Shown here: positions 31,583-41,837 of the stretch, in pieces
How positions within the stretch are numbered: position 1 is the stretch's first letter
Layout: the number at the start of each line of letters is the position of its first letter
Assembly (NCBI GenBank): GCA_964652955.1
Contig: CAZZCF010000001.1
Location: forward strand, 12,555-76,554
DNA length: 64,000 nucleotides
Reading direction: 5' to 3'
From: an uncultured Leptospirales bacterium
GTDB taxonomy: Bacteria; Spirochaetota; UBA4802; JAKQUI01
Program-made: the position numbers and the translations under genes
Notes under the pieces: generated by a model
The model's database searches: none
The model's input: the letters and a program-made list of their open reading frames with translations, nothing else
What the model was told of the DNA's origin: nothing

Positions 31583-32014
31583 TCACTCGCCGGTGGTTTC
31601 TTCAGAGCCCTCATTCTCTTCCCCGTAATCGTAATCGAGCTCAAGGGTTCGGTTATCATCATCCTCATTTACGCTCAGCGTAGCCTCCTTCACCTTATCG
31701 TCGTCGCGATAGACTTTAATGGTTATGGAGGCGTTCTTGTTCGCTTCGATGGTTGCGCTTATCTCGAGATAATCGAGCTCGTCGATCTCTTTTTCGAATT
31801 GGAAGGTGTTGCTCCCGACGCCGATCGGGTTGTCGATGGCTTTCAATGATCCCCCGTCGACGATATAATATCCCTCGAATTCGCCGCCGACACAGACGAT
31901 CTTGAACTCGATGGGATCGTAGGACTCGTCGGAGCAGGAGAGCGCGCAGCATGCCATGATCAGCAGCATGATAGGCACGCGCTTTAATTTCATGGTGAAC
32001 ATATTCTTCCGCAC
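31583..32014 (-). CDS. Secreted acidic lipoprotein, unknown function
   Basis: Lipobox 'ALSCSD' after a hydrophobic leader and an Asp/Glu-rich C-terminus. Start is uncertain (Met1, Met5 or Met8). Confidence 0.5.
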   Translation of the reverse strand: MRKNMFTMKLKRVPIMLLIMACCALSCSDESYDPIEFKIVCVGGEFEGYYIVDGGSLKAIDNPIGVGSNTFQFEKEIDELDYLEISATIEANKNASITIKVYRDDDKVKEATLSVNEDDDNRTLELDYDYGEENEGSEETTGE

Positions 32015-32498
32015 ACTCCTTTGACTGAAGATTTTATCTTCCCGTGTTCGGGTTCACCAGGCACTGATGAACGGCCGCATCCGCTTTTTAGGGGGTCCCA
32101 TTATAGGTTACTCCCGGTGTTCATATGTTACGGAATTATTCAGCCGATTCCGTCTCCCGGAATTCCGATGCGCATAAAAAAGTATTCCCCGGGAGCGGTT
32201 GATGTCAAGAAAATATACTTCGATTTTGAAAAAAGTAATTTACAGGAATTGTTCGAAATTGTACAATACTGAGCAGTAATTGCGTTTACTATAACTACCG
32301 GTTTTAGAGATGCTATAAATATATCTCTCCGTCGTTTATTTCGTTGTAAATTGAGTCGATTTGTCCCGTTCAGAGGGCTTTTTCTGGTAATTGGTACTGA
32401 GAAAGGTGTCATCTCTTGACTTTTTGAGCTTTCGATATCTTTTTTTGTCACTTTTTATGAATATGAATCGCTTATTCTGGTTAGGGTAAAACGCCACT

Positions 32499-33017
32499 AT
32501 GTTCTGGAAGAACAGAGAGTTTGCTGAGGCGTATGGTGATTACTATCCACTGGTGTTCAGCATCGTGTATACAAAGGTGGGGAATATTGAAGATGCAGAG
32601 GATATCTGTCAGGAGGTTTTTATAAAATTCTATGAGAAGCTTGAAACAATCGAGAACAGGAGAAAGTGGCTTTACGGCGCGTTGCGTTTGCAGATATTCT
32701 CGCATTTCCGGAAGAAGTCACGTGGGAGCGTGGAGCTCGATGAGGTTGCTGACGACGTAGGCTTCTCTTTTGTAAACGGGTTCAGGGATGTGCGAATCAT
32801 TCTCGAAGAAGCCTTTGATGAAACAGCAAATTTCAACGATGAGCGGGAGCGAGTTCTCTTCGACCTCATAGCCATTCGCCACTTTACCTACGAGGAGGCC
32901 GGGAGACAGCTGGGTTGGAATAAAAGGCAGGTTCGCTATCGGTACGGTGAGATCGTTAAGAGAGTTCTGGATTATTTAAGGAAGAAGGGGATAGATAAGC
33001 TCGAGGATCTCCTATGA
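32499..33017 (+). CDS. ECF-type RNA polymerase sigma factor (sigma-70 regions 2 and 4)
   Basis: Region 2 'YYPLVFSIVYTKVGNIEDAEDICQEVFIKFYEKLE' and region 4 'DLIAIRHFTYEEAGRQLGWNKRQVRYRYGE'. Confidence 0.85.
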   Translation: MFWKNREFAEAYGDYYPLVFSIVYTKVGNIEDAEDICQEVFIKFYEKLETIENRRKWLYGALRLQIFSHFRKKSRGSVELDEVADDVGFSFVNGFRDVRIILEEAFDETANFNDERERVLFDLIAIRHFTYEEAGRQLGWNKRQVRYRYGEIVKRVLDYLRKKGIDKLEDLL

Positions 33018-33760
33018 ATACGGATACCTCTCAATTTGCCGAAGTTCTCGAAAGGTACGGTTTTGCCGAACCGATCCCGCCTGAAGTGCAAAAGCATATC
33101 CGAAACATCAAGAGCGAGCAGTTTATACGGACCCTGAGGAAAGCCGGTAAATACAGTTTTATCTTCGGAATTGTTACTTCTGTTTTCTTTGCCATAAAGA
33201 AAATGGGCGTGGGCACAACTATTGTGAAGAGTGCTCTTCTGGTCTTCGCGTCGGCTGTCATATCTCTTACGATACTATCATCAGGCATTTACCTCTCCTT
33301 CAAATTTATTACAGCTCCCGAGGAAAGGATTGAGGAAAAAAGAGAAGATGTGGTGCAATCGGGTGACGGTGGGATCGATAAACGGATAATCCATGAGAAA
33401 AAGGCACGGAGAGAGATTCCGGAGGGAGTGATGCAGTTGGGCGTGCAACCCTTTGTTGCTGTTAATGTGAAGGGGAGGATTGCGCTCCTGGCTGCCGATA
33501 CCATCGCGAAGAAGCTTGTCGAGCTGAGCGGGAGCTCCCGGGTGATAAATATGAGGAGGGGGAGAGAGGGGGGAAGGATAGGTCTTATGCTTTTGGGATC
33601 GGTTGAGGATTTGGAGGGAACCTATACCATCACTGCAAAAGTAGTCGGTGTCAGAGATTCGAAGATCGTATTCTATACGTCGGAGACCGTTCGTTCGATT
33701 GATGAGATTCCCGCAGCCTGCACGAGGATTGCAGAGCGGATTTCGAAAATCATCAGATAG
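33014..33760 (+). CDS. Putative membrane-anchored anti-sigma factor / regulator
   Basis: Its start overlaps the sigma gene stop by 4 nt; a short cytoplasmic N-terminus is followed by two TM helices and a periplasmic domain. Assignment is by position. Confidence 0.45.
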   Translation: MNTDTSQFAEVLERYGFAEPIPPEVQKHIRNIKSEQFIRTLRKAGKYSFIFGIVTSVFFAIKKMGVGTTIVKSALLVFASAVISLTILSSGIYLSFKFITAPEERIEEKREDVVQSGDGGIDKRIIHEKKARREIPEGVMQLGVQPFVAVNVKGRIALLAADTIAKKLVELSGSSRVINMRRGREGGRIGLMLLGSVEDLEGTYTITAKVVGVRDSKIVFYTSETVRSIDEIPAACTRIAERISKIIR

Positions 33761-33782
33761 AAAAAGCACAACAGGGGTTCTT

Positions 33783-34790
33783 GTGAAGACAGCACACGGG
33801 AGGTTGCTCTGGCGCAGCGCGGTGCTCCTCTTTTCCATATTGCTAAGCACCTCTGCCCGGTCCGATACCGGATCGGTTGCGAAGAGAGTTGCCGTGCTCA
33901 ATTTTACGGCCAACAACACGTCTGAAGGAATTTCCCGTATTGTCCGCAATCAGGTTGAGATTAATCTGTTCAAGACGCAGTATTTTGATATTCTCGAGAG
34001 AAATCAGATAGATCTCCTCCTGAAGGAGCGGGAAAAGCAGGCTGCCGAGTGTAATGATGAGAATTGCGCCGTTAAGATAGGGAAGATTCTCTCCGCTCAT
34101 TTTGTCATCATCGGGAGCGTGGATAAGCTCGAAAGTTTCGTTATTACCATCAAGGTGGTAAGCGTAAAGGAGCGATCGGTGATACTGGTCGACTCTCAGG
34201 AGGTTGATTCACTCGGAAATATCAGAGGTACGACAACGGTCATTACCAGACGGGTTGCGGACAAGCTGCGGGTAAATATGAGCGGTGAGAAGAAGAGCTT
34301 TTTCCCTCCGCTTGCCTTTTCGCTTCGCCTGAGTTATCTGTGGCCCACGGGCTATCTTAAGGATCTCGCTTATCCGGGGTACGGCGTTTCGATGCGGGGA
34401 GGCTTTGAAGATATTTTCCTGAAGGATGTACAGATCGGGATTGATCTCGGCTATTTCAGTTTCCGGGGAAGAGATGCAGTGGATCGAGCGACGATGATAC
34501 CGGTTGTGCTCATTGTCGGGTATCGTTTTGCCGCAGGGAGGTTTTTTGCGATTCCGGAGTTTTCGTCGGGGGTCAGTTATAACACCATCAGTTACGATGC
34601 CGGGAACCGAAAATCCGGTGAGCGGAAGGAGAGCAGAATGCAGCCGCTCGTCAGGGGAGGCCTTGTGCTGGGGGGCTTTCTGGGAGGCTCGCTCAGCGGC
34701 GTTATCGGCGCTGAATACGGAAGCATCTTCGAAAGAGAGGGGAGGATATCCTTTGTTTCCATCATCACCGGCGTTTCGGCGTCATTTTGA
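33783..34790 (+). CDS. Outer-membrane lipoprotein with CsgG/LpoB-like N-domain and C-terminal beta-barrel-like region
   Basis: 'VAVLNFTANNTSEGISRIVRNQVEINLFKTQYFDILERNQID...AVKIGKILSAHFVIIGSVDKL' fits the CsgG-family fold pattern. The C-terminus has alternating aromatic/Gly strands. GTG 33783 follows an ACAGGGG RBS after the upstream stop. Confidence 0.5.
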   Translation: MKTAHGRLLWRSAVLLFSILLSTSARSDTGSVAKRVAVLNFTANNTSEGISRIVRNQVEINLFKTQYFDILERNQIDLLLKEREKQAAECNDENCAVKIGKILSAHFVIIGSVDKLESFVITIKVVSVKERSVILVDSQEVDSLGNIRGTTTVITRRVADKLRVNMSGEKKSFFPPLAFSLRLSYLWPTGYLKDLAYPGYGVSMRGGFEDIFLKDVQIGIDLGYFSFRGRDAVDRATMIPVVLIVGYRFAAGRFFAIPEFSSGVSYNTISYDAGNRKSGERKESRMQPLVRGGLVLGGFLGGSLSGVIGAEYGSIFEREGRISFVSIITGVSASF

Positions 34791-35022
34791 GACCTCTGTC
34801 ATCATCAACCTTCGGGAATAAGCTCTCCCCGCGGGCACAGGGTCAGGTCATGGGTTCGATCACCGAAGATGAGCTCAACGAGCGATTGTCAGTTCTCTGA
34901 TTCTTTTGTTAAGGATCGGGGCGCAGTGGCGGATGACGAACAACGATAACGCTCTGTTTGTATGCAATTCGCCGGCCGGGCGCGCTACAGAAAGAAAAAG
35001 TCGTTTATGACAGGAGGTGCAC

Positions 35023-36843
35023 ATGAAAGGGATGTTTCAGTTTTCCATCGTTGCCGTATCACTCTCTCTCATATCCTGTAATAGCCTCTTTTATGATATT
35101 TCTTCACCCTCCAGCGAATATATAAAGCCGGAAGTGGCGTATGTGTATCCCGAGCCGGGTTTAGTTGATGTGCCGACAAACACATCGATACTCGTATCCT
35201 TCAACAAGGAGATTGATATCGCGTCAATCGATAGCGAGGCCTTGCATGTTGTCGATGAGTTTGGCAATGTATTGCGGGGGGAGATTGCCTTTCACGAGAA
35301 CAGCATCGCCATATTCGAGCCCGAAGAGCCGATGATTCCGCATACGGCATACACGGCAATGCTGAAAAAAGATGTCCGGGATATGGAGGGGGGAGCGCTT
35401 GACGCTGATTATTCATGGAGCTTTATAACCGGCTCGGAGGAGGACATGGCTTCACCGGAGATTGTTTCGACCCTCCCGGAGCATAATGCGGCATGCCCCA
35501 CCGAGAGCGTCTCGATAGTGGCCACTTTCAACGAGGACATCAATCCTCTGTCGATAACGCCGGAAACCTTTCGTGTTGAGGACGGAGAGGATATCGTCGC
35601 GGGAGCGATAAGCTATGATGCCGGCAGGAGATCGATCATATTCGTCCCCTACGGGCGGTTGAATGACAATTCCCGTTACCGGGTTGCCGTTATGAACATA
35701 AGGGATCTCGCGAAAAATCCCCTGAGCGCGGAATTCGTCTGGAATTTCAGAACCGGCGCGATTCGAATAGAGCTCGAGGATGCCAGGAACTGCGAGAACG
35801 GCTTCGCCACCTTCGGGCATCCGCCGCGAAGGCTGTTCAAGGATGATGGATTCCCGCTCTCGGAGGGGACCGATTTTACCTACGATTTGTCAATCGCCTC
35901 TCTCTTCGACCGAGGGATAAATGGAGCCTTCGAGCCCGGAAAATACTTCCGGATTGTCGAGAACGGGAAAAATATTGTGGATAGTAACGGCCTTGCGCTG
36001 GTTCCGGTGGCCAGGATGATCCTCTTCAGCGATATTAATCGGATTGCTCCGAAGCCGTATCAGTGCTATATCGATCCGATGAGCGGATATTTTATACTGC
36101 CTCGTCCCGATTACTGGAGCAGGCTGGAGAGCCTGGATGATATTGTCGAGGCGGAAATTTATGACACCGTGCCGAGTTACAGCGGGAATCAGTTGTCCTG
36201 TACGACCGGCAAGTTCGGAAAGTGTATTTATCAGTATGAAACCTCACCAGAGCATATCGATACTAATATTTTCTACATGTACCCTTTCGGTGATGCTGAA
36301 AAAACTTCATCTCGGGGAACGGCATCTTTCTGGTTGCGTTGTAATCCTCCTTCGGGGAAATATTACATATACAGCCATTTTGTTTTCGGGAATAACAATG
36401 TACACTTTACCTGTGATTACTGGGGCCAGAAAATTATTAAAATAAATGTTAACGGAGTTGTAGTTGCGAGTAAAAATTTAAATTGGACGGGATGGACACA
36501 TGTTTATGTCGTATGGGCGGAGGATCGAAGCCTCTCGGATAACAAGACTGTACGGGTATTTATCAACGGTCAGGAATATGTTTCAACAACCGCGATAATA
36601 GATACGGAGGGTGCTACATATTATAAAGGATTAATGACCTTTGTCCTTAATGAACAATACGGATACAATTACTGGGACAACATCAAAATCTGGAAGCACG
36701 TCGTCTCCGAGGATCCCTCCTGGGAGTACAACAGCGGCGCCGGAAGGGAGGATGCCCTTCACGAAATGTACGGTCCCGACAACGGCTACAGGCCCCTCCT
36801 CACCGGTCCCGGAAACGGGGTGGGGTACTACTACGTGCCGTGA
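35023..36843 (+). CDS. Large surface lipoprotein with two SbsA/Big-like Ig domains and a C-terminal LamG/ConA-like domain
   Basis: Lipobox 'LISCNS'; two repeats of 'Y(V/I)xP..G..DVPTNTSI.V.F...I' type; the C-terminal part is beta-rich and resembles the lectin/LamG fold. ATG 35023 follows AGGAGG. Confidence 0.6.
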   Translation: MKGMFQFSIVAVSLSLISCNSLFYDISSPSSEYIKPEVAYVYPEPGLVDVPTNTSILVSFNKEIDIASIDSEALHVVDEFGNVLRGEIAFHENSIAIFEPEEPMIPHTAYTAMLKKDVRDMEGGALDADYSWSFITGSEEDMASPEIVSTLPEHNAACPTESVSIVATFNEDINPLSITPETFRVEDGEDIVAGAISYDAGRRSIIFVPYGRLNDNSRYRVAVMNIRDLAKNPLSAEFVWNFRTGAIRIELEDARNCENGFATFGHPPRRLFKDDGFPLSEGTDFTYDLSIASLFDRGINGAFEPGKYFRIVENGKNIVDSNGLALVPVARMILFSDINRIAPKPYQCYIDPMSGYFILPRPDYWSRLESLDDIVEAEIYDTVPSYSGNQLSCTTGKFGKCIYQYETSPEHIDTNIFYMYPFGDAEKTSSRGTASFWLRCNPPSGKYYIYSHFVFGNNNVHFTCDYWGQKIIKINVNGVVVASKNLNWTGWTHVYVVWAEDRSLSDNKTVRVFINGQEYVSTTAIIDTEGATYYKGLMTFVLNEQYGYNYWDNIKIWKHVVSEDPSWEYNSGAGREDALHEMYGPDNGYRPLLTGPGNGVGYYYVP

Positions 36844-36994
36844 GGATGTAGCTAGTTGTTAATTGACCGATTGCCAATATTTTAGAAAAGACCATAGCAT
36901 TTCAATAAATATTGTTAGTGTAATTTCAAATCGAATCGAAGTGATGTAATTAATTTATTTTGCATAGGAATTCAATAAAGCAGAAGAGGGTGGA

Positions 36995-37759
36995 ATGAGA
37001 AGATTTTATATTATACTTATACCCATACTGTTGTTTATGGTTAGTAATTTGTTAATAGTTATTCCTGATAATTGCAGGACCCTTGATGATTTGATCAGTC
37101 AATTGAATTTTTTCAGTTATGTATTAAAGATATTGTTTGTTTTGTTAGCAATTGCTATTTTTCTAATATACAATTTAACAGCTGTAATGGGAACTTTGAA
37201 TAAATTTATTCAATTTGATACGATTAGACCGGATATAATTGGCAAGTTGGTTGAAGAATCTTTAAACATTTTTAAGGAATTGGGTATTGAATTTAGAGTT
37301 AATGTAATGCTGGTTAAATTTAAAATCATTGTATGGAAACGATTTATAAAATTTCTTCGGCCATTTATTTTTCAAAAACAATTCAAAACCGTTTATCATT
37401 ACAATATGGAGCATGATCGAGATAAGGATTTAGGGCTTATAACAAAGCAGGGTGTTGCAGGTTTGGCTTATAATGATCCCGAGGGGAAACATAGAATCGT
37501 TGATTTTATGAATGTTGATAGGAAATTTTTTAAATTAGATAAAGATCAACTTGATAGAACAAAGAGTATTAAATTTGTAATTAGCACTCCAATTCTTAAA
37601 TGGAATCATGAAACTGGTAAATTAACTGATAAGGTTATCGGAGTGGTCAACATTGATAGTAGAAATAATTCATTTAAGATTATACAGGAAAAAGTTGTAA
37701 TTGAGGATTTAGTTCAGTACAGTTACAATATAGCTGATTATGTCGCAAAGTTATATTAA
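36995..37759 (+). CDS. AT-rich islet gene: N-terminal 2-TM segment plus GAF-like domain protein
   Basis: Local GC is roughly 30% against about 57% for its neighbours. Two TM helices are followed by 'GLITKQGVAGLAYNDPEGKHRIVDF...SIKFVISTPIL...KVIGVVNIDS', which matches the GAF ligand-binding core pattern. Confidence 0.5.
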   Translation: MRRFYIILIPILLFMVSNLLIVIPDNCRTLDDLISQLNFFSYVLKILFVLLAIAIFLIYNLTAVMGTLNKFIQFDTIRPDIIGKLVEESLNIFKELGIEFRVNVMLVKFKIIVWKRFIKFLRPFIFQKQFKTVYHYNMEHDRDKDLGLITKQGVAGLAYNDPEGKHRIVDFMNVDRKFFKLDKDQLDRTKSIKFVISTPILKWNHETGKLTDKVIGVVNIDSRNNSFKIIQEKVVIEDLVQYSYNIADYVAKLY

Positions 37760-37804
37760 TTTGATTTCTTTTATGAGAATTGTATATTCAATACAGAGGC
37801 TAAA

Positions 37805-38011
37805 ATGAATAGCAAAAAGAAAAAAGACGACAATAAAACAATGCTTGTAGAAATAGAAGGTATGCCTGGAGTGTATACCTCAACTGGCAGTTGTCATTCA
37901 ACCGATATTGATTATTCTACATTGGTAGATAGAATATTAAAGCCGTTAGAAAAAACAAGAAAAATAAAAGGTCCAATTCCCAAATGGCCTATAAAAGGTG
38001 TGGAAGAATGA
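37805..38011 (+). CDS. Small hypothetical protein (68 aa) in the AT-rich islet
   Basis: Open frame with Lys-rich N-terminus; no recognisable motif. Coding status uncertain. Confidence 0.3.
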   Translation: MNSKKKKDDNKTMLVEIEGMPGVYTSTGSCHSTDIDYSTLVDRILKPLEKTRKIKGPIPKWPIKGVEE

Positions 38012-38028
38012 TCCTGACCGATCCCGGC

Positions 38029-38301
38029 CTAATCCCTGAAGTTGTAGTGCTTCCTCACCGGCTCCTTGACGTTCCACGTGCAGGAGAGCCCCCGTGGGAA
38101 GGTGACGAAATCGCCCTTTGAGAATTCCACCTTTTTGCCGTCGGGCATCTCCACCTCGACTTTTCCCTCCAGGAGGAGGCACTCCTCGGTGCTGTCGTAG
38201 GACCAGTCGAACCGGGATACTTCCTTCTCCCATACCGGCCAGCTGTAAACGCCCCGCTTCTTGAGCTCGCCCTCTTCTATTTTTTCGATTGTAATTTCCA
38301 T
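38029..38301 (-). CDS. Small cupin-fold protein
   Basis: 90 aa with 'LLLEGKVEVEMPDGKKVEFSKGDFVTFPRGLSCTW', typical of single-domain cupins. Confidence 0.7.
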   Translation of the reverse strand: MEITIEKIEEGELKKRGVYSWPVWEKEVSRFDWSYDSTEECLLLEGKVEVEMPDGKKVEFSKGDFVTFPRGLSCTWNVKEPVRKHYNFRD

Positions 38302-39074
38302 CGCAATTGTAACCTCTCTGTTTTTTCAGGCTGTATTCTCTAAGGTATTATTATTTATTGAAACAGAACTGGCGATGCTATCGCCCGATTGCTGTTTGGC
38401 ACATTTCCAATCAATCAGACACGTGATTTGCTTAACGCTCATAACGTCGATTATTCTTACAGATCCAAGGGAGCATTTTGATATCATCGCTCGCTCCGCC
38501 ACAAATATCATATCCCGTGATTGTGGCTTCGGCGGCAATCCTGGCCGCCTGCTCGCCGAGTATATCAAAATGCCCCCTTATTGGCAACTTTCTTTTATTT
38601 TTTAAACAGTCCGGAGAATTCTGTTTCCCATGTAACTCCTGATGTCATGGTAAAGAATAAGAGAAATGGCGTTTGCCGGCTTTCGTCTATCGGGAATTGC
38701 TTTTGCCAAAGGGGGATGTCAATCACTTTCCCTTCAACGGCGGCAGCCGGCAATCACGGGAGCATTTTCCGCCCGCCTCCGCGTGAATTTATTTTCCCCA
38801 TGAAATGATTTAAACTGTACATTTAATTCAGTATATTGTATACATGAACTGTACATTTACGGAGCGGAAGCTGTTATCACCCTCTTCGCTTTTGGGTATT
38901 TGCGGTCAGGCGGAGTGTATCCTCTTTATGGAGGGTGGAAGAATTTTGTTGCGGTGCCGATCATCATCACGGTTATCATCGAACAGATATGCAGCTATTA
39001 TTTTTATACTATCAACAGCAAAGGGATCGATAGCAGGATGTACAGCACACAGAGAACTATTTTGAGGGATTATC

Positions 39075-40274
39075 ATGGGAGCAAAGCTAAAACATAAAAA
39101 GGTGGGCGTTATCTTTTCCGGCGGTCCTGCGCCGAGCGCAAACACCGTGATCTCCTCGACCGCCCTGAACTTTCTTGATCACAATATCCCGGTGGTCGGA
39201 TTCTACCGGGGATACGAGTTCATCCAGGATTTCAACAAGGACAATCCGAGGCTCAAGAAGGGGGTTCACTATGAGGATATTACCGGTGATATATCACGGG
39301 TGCGCAATGATCGGGGGATCTATCTCCGGACGTCGCGGGCCAATCCGGGAAAGAAGATCCAGGCCGTCGAGGATCTCAAGGACCCGGAGAAGAACGTCCG
39401 GCTGAGGAATATCATCGATGCCTGTGAATACTTTCAGATCGGCGCGCTCATTTCAATCGGGGGTGATGATACCCTGAAAACGGCAAATTATCTCTGGCTG
39501 ATGGGGCTGCCGATCATTCACATCCCGAAGACCATTGACAACGACTACTACGGGATTCCCTGGACCTTCGGTTACTGGACTGCCGTCGATGCCGCGCACA
39601 ATATCATGCTCGATCTCAAGGCGGACGCGCAGGCGACGGACAGCTTTCACATCATCGAGCTGATGGGGAGGAAGGCCGGCTGGATTACCTACGCGGCGGG
39701 CATTGCCGCCGAGGCGATAATGATGATCTCTTCGGAAGATATTCAGGATGAGATCCTGGATGTCGATGCGATGGCCAGCAGGCTAACCGATGTCATCATC
39801 GCCCGGGAGAACAACCGCCGCCCCTACGGAATCATCGCGATTGCCGAGGGGCTCGCCGATAAGCTGCCCGATGGCCTGAAGCCGACCGAGACCGACCGGC
39901 ACGGAAACATAATCTACGGCAAGGCGAATATCGCCCATATCTTTGCCGAGAAGGTCAAGGAGCTCTACCATGAGCGGACCGGTCTGGAGGTCAAGATTAC
40001 GCCGAAGCAGATCGGCTATGAGACGAGGGCGTCGGCGCCGATAAGCTTCGATGTGGTGCTCGGAAGCATGCTCGGATACGGGGCGTATAAATTCTTCTCG
40101 GAAGACACCTTCGGCGTGATGGTCTCGGTTACCGATAACTTCGATCTGAAGGCGGTCCCCTTTTCGGAGTTGATTGATCAGGAGACGCTGAAAACGAAGC
40201 TCAGGGATGTTCCGAAGGGGAGTGATTTCTTCTCCCTGAAGGAGCGCCTCTCCTACGGAAAGTTCTGGGAGTAG
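39075..40274 (+). CDS. pfp: Pyrophosphate-dependent 6-phosphofructokinase (GGDD motif)
   Basis: 'VGVIFSGGPAPSANTVIS' and 'ISIGGDDTLKTANYL'; the Asp in GGDD replaces the Gly of ATP-dependent PFKs. Confidence 0.85.
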   Translation: MGAKLKHKKVGVIFSGGPAPSANTVISSTALNFLDHNIPVVGFYRGYEFIQDFNKDNPRLKKGVHYEDITGDISRVRNDRGIYLRTSRANPGKKIQAVEDLKDPEKNVRLRNIIDACEYFQIGALISIGGDDTLKTANYLWLMGLPIIHIPKTIDNDYYGIPWTFGYWTAVDAAHNIMLDLKADAQATDSFHIIELMGRKAGWITYAAGIAAEAIMMISSEDIQDEILDVDAMASRLTDVIIARENNRRPYGIIAIAEGLADKLPDGLKPTETDRHGNIIYGKANIAHIFAEKVKELYHERTGLEVKITPKQIGYETRASAPISFDVVLGSMLGYGAYKFFSEDTFGVMVSVTDNFDLKAVPFSELIDQETLKTKLRDVPKGSDFFSLKERLSYGKFWE

Positions 40275-40297
40275 CGCCGGTTCGGGATGATACAGGA

Positions 40298-40765
40298 ATG
40301 GATATGATCTCCACAGGGAAAAAATTCAGTGCGCTTCTCATTGTTTTGCTGCTGCCCTGCTGGTATTGCTGCTCTTCGGGTGAGAGCACGCCGGAGCGGA
40401 CGCTCAGCGCCGTCCAGGAGAAGGCGCAGTCGGGAAAGCTCGCCGAGATAGGTGAGCATCTGACCGGTGATACGGTCGCGGCAATAAACCGCCTGAAGGA
40501 TTATCCGGCTGCGAGCTGGCAGAACGACTTTGCAAGCCGCTTCCCCGAAGGAGCCGAATGGAAAGTTATTCGCCGGGAGGTAAAGGGGGACACGGCCCTG
40601 ATAACGATGAAGTGCGTTGATCATCCCGTGGAGAACGTTATCGGATTCCAGACGGACTACCGGCTGCGTCGCGAGGGGGGTGTCTGGAAGATCGACATGC
40701 ACGAGCAGCTCGAGCGGGCCGCCGATCGGCTGAAGGAGTTTCGGGACTTCGGCACGAAGCGATAG
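40298..40765 (+). CDS. Lipoprotein, unknown function
   Basis: Signal peptide with 'CWYCCSSGE' lipobox region; 155 aa. Confidence 0.5.
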   Translation: MDMISTGKKFSALLIVLLLPCWYCCSSGESTPERTLSAVQEKAQSGKLAEIGEHLTGDTVAAINRLKDYPAASWQNDFASRFPEGAEWKVIRREVKGDTALITMKCVDHPVENVIGFQTDYRLRREGGVWKIDMHEQLERAADRLKEFRDFGTKR

Positions 40766-41069
40766 CCCGCATTGTCACGACAAGAGAATTGCCATGGACG
40801 ACAGCAGTTCTCTCGATAGTGGAAATGATTTTTCTTCTCCGCTGCGGGCGCATTCTCCCGTAAAAAGCGGGTTGCTTTCCCTTTCCCATCGCCCAATCTC
40901 ATCGACTCATCTCATGACATCCGGATGATGACTGAGAGAGCCGGTGAGCAGTGTAGAATCCTTCGGTATTCTCGCCGACCCGCCTGTTTCAGGTATTAAA
41001 TTTTTTGCAACACATCTCTTTTGCTGGTAAAATAACAGCAATTACACTTTTACTGGAAAATTTTACAGG

Positions 41070-41837
41070 ATGTACGTAATGCTGATTATGAGAACTATAA
41101 AAATGAGATGTACGGCATTTCTCGCCCTGCTTGCGGTGCTGATCCCGGCTTTCCCGGCGGGCGCTCAGATTCTCCTCGATTTCGAAAACGGGATTGTTGC
41201 CAGCGGTTATAACGATGTCCGTATTCCCGGCGACGGGGGGACGACATTCTCCCTCTCCGATGATCTGAAGAGCGATCCCGTCTACTTTTACCGGTTTCGG
41301 CTGGGGTATCTCCTCGAACGGCATTCACTCTCGCTGCTCATCGCGCCGCTTCGCGTTGAATCGGAGGGGCAGGTCGATCGCGAGGTGCGGTTCGGGGACA
41401 CGGTTTTCCCCGCCGATACCGATCTCAAATCCGAGTACCGCTTCGATTCGTATCGGGCGACCTACCGCTACGACTTCTTCGTGGGCGAATCGTTGCGCAT
41501 CGGTGCGGGCCTCACCGGCAAGATACGCGATGCGTCCATCAGCCTCGAGGGGGACGGCCGGCGGGAGGAGAAGAAGAACACCGGATTCGTTCCCCTGATC
41601 AATTTCAGCCTGCAGTGGCTTTTCGTCAGGTCCTTCAGCCTGCTCGTCGACGGCGACGCCCTCTTTTCTCCCTACGGACGGGCCGAGGATATTCTCTTCG
41701 CGCTCCAGTATCATCACAGCCGTCGTCTCGCCGTGCGGCTGGGATACCGGATGCTCGAAGGGGGCGCCGACAACGATGAGGTGTACACCTTCGCCCTCTT
41801 CCACTACGCCGTTTTCGGCATAACACTCCTTCTCTAG
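41070..41837 (+). CDS. Putative outer-membrane beta-barrel protein
   Basis: Signal peptide '[17 protein letters not shown]', alternating hydrophobic beta-strand pattern and an aromatic C-terminus. Start could be Met12 (41103). Confidence 0.5.
   Translation: MYVMLIMRTIKMRCTAFLALLAVLIPAFPAGAQILLDFENGIVASGYNDVRIPGDGGTTFSLSDDLKSDPVYFYRFRLGYLLERHSLSLLIAPLRVESEGQVDREVRFGDTVFPADTDLKSEYRFDSYRATYRYDFFVGESLRIGAGLTGKIRDASISLEGDGRREEKKNTGFVPLINFSLQWLFVRSFSLLVDGDALFSPYGRAEDILFALQYHHSRRLAVRLGYRMLEGGADNDEVYTFALFHYAVFGITLLL

Noticed and set aside
33648-33782. 5' extension of the CsgG-like gene overlapping the anti-sigma gene by 113 nt
   Set aside because: The in-frame GTG at 33783 with an RBS directly after the upstream stop gives a proper signal peptide. 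The extension encodes an Arg-rich non-signal sequence.
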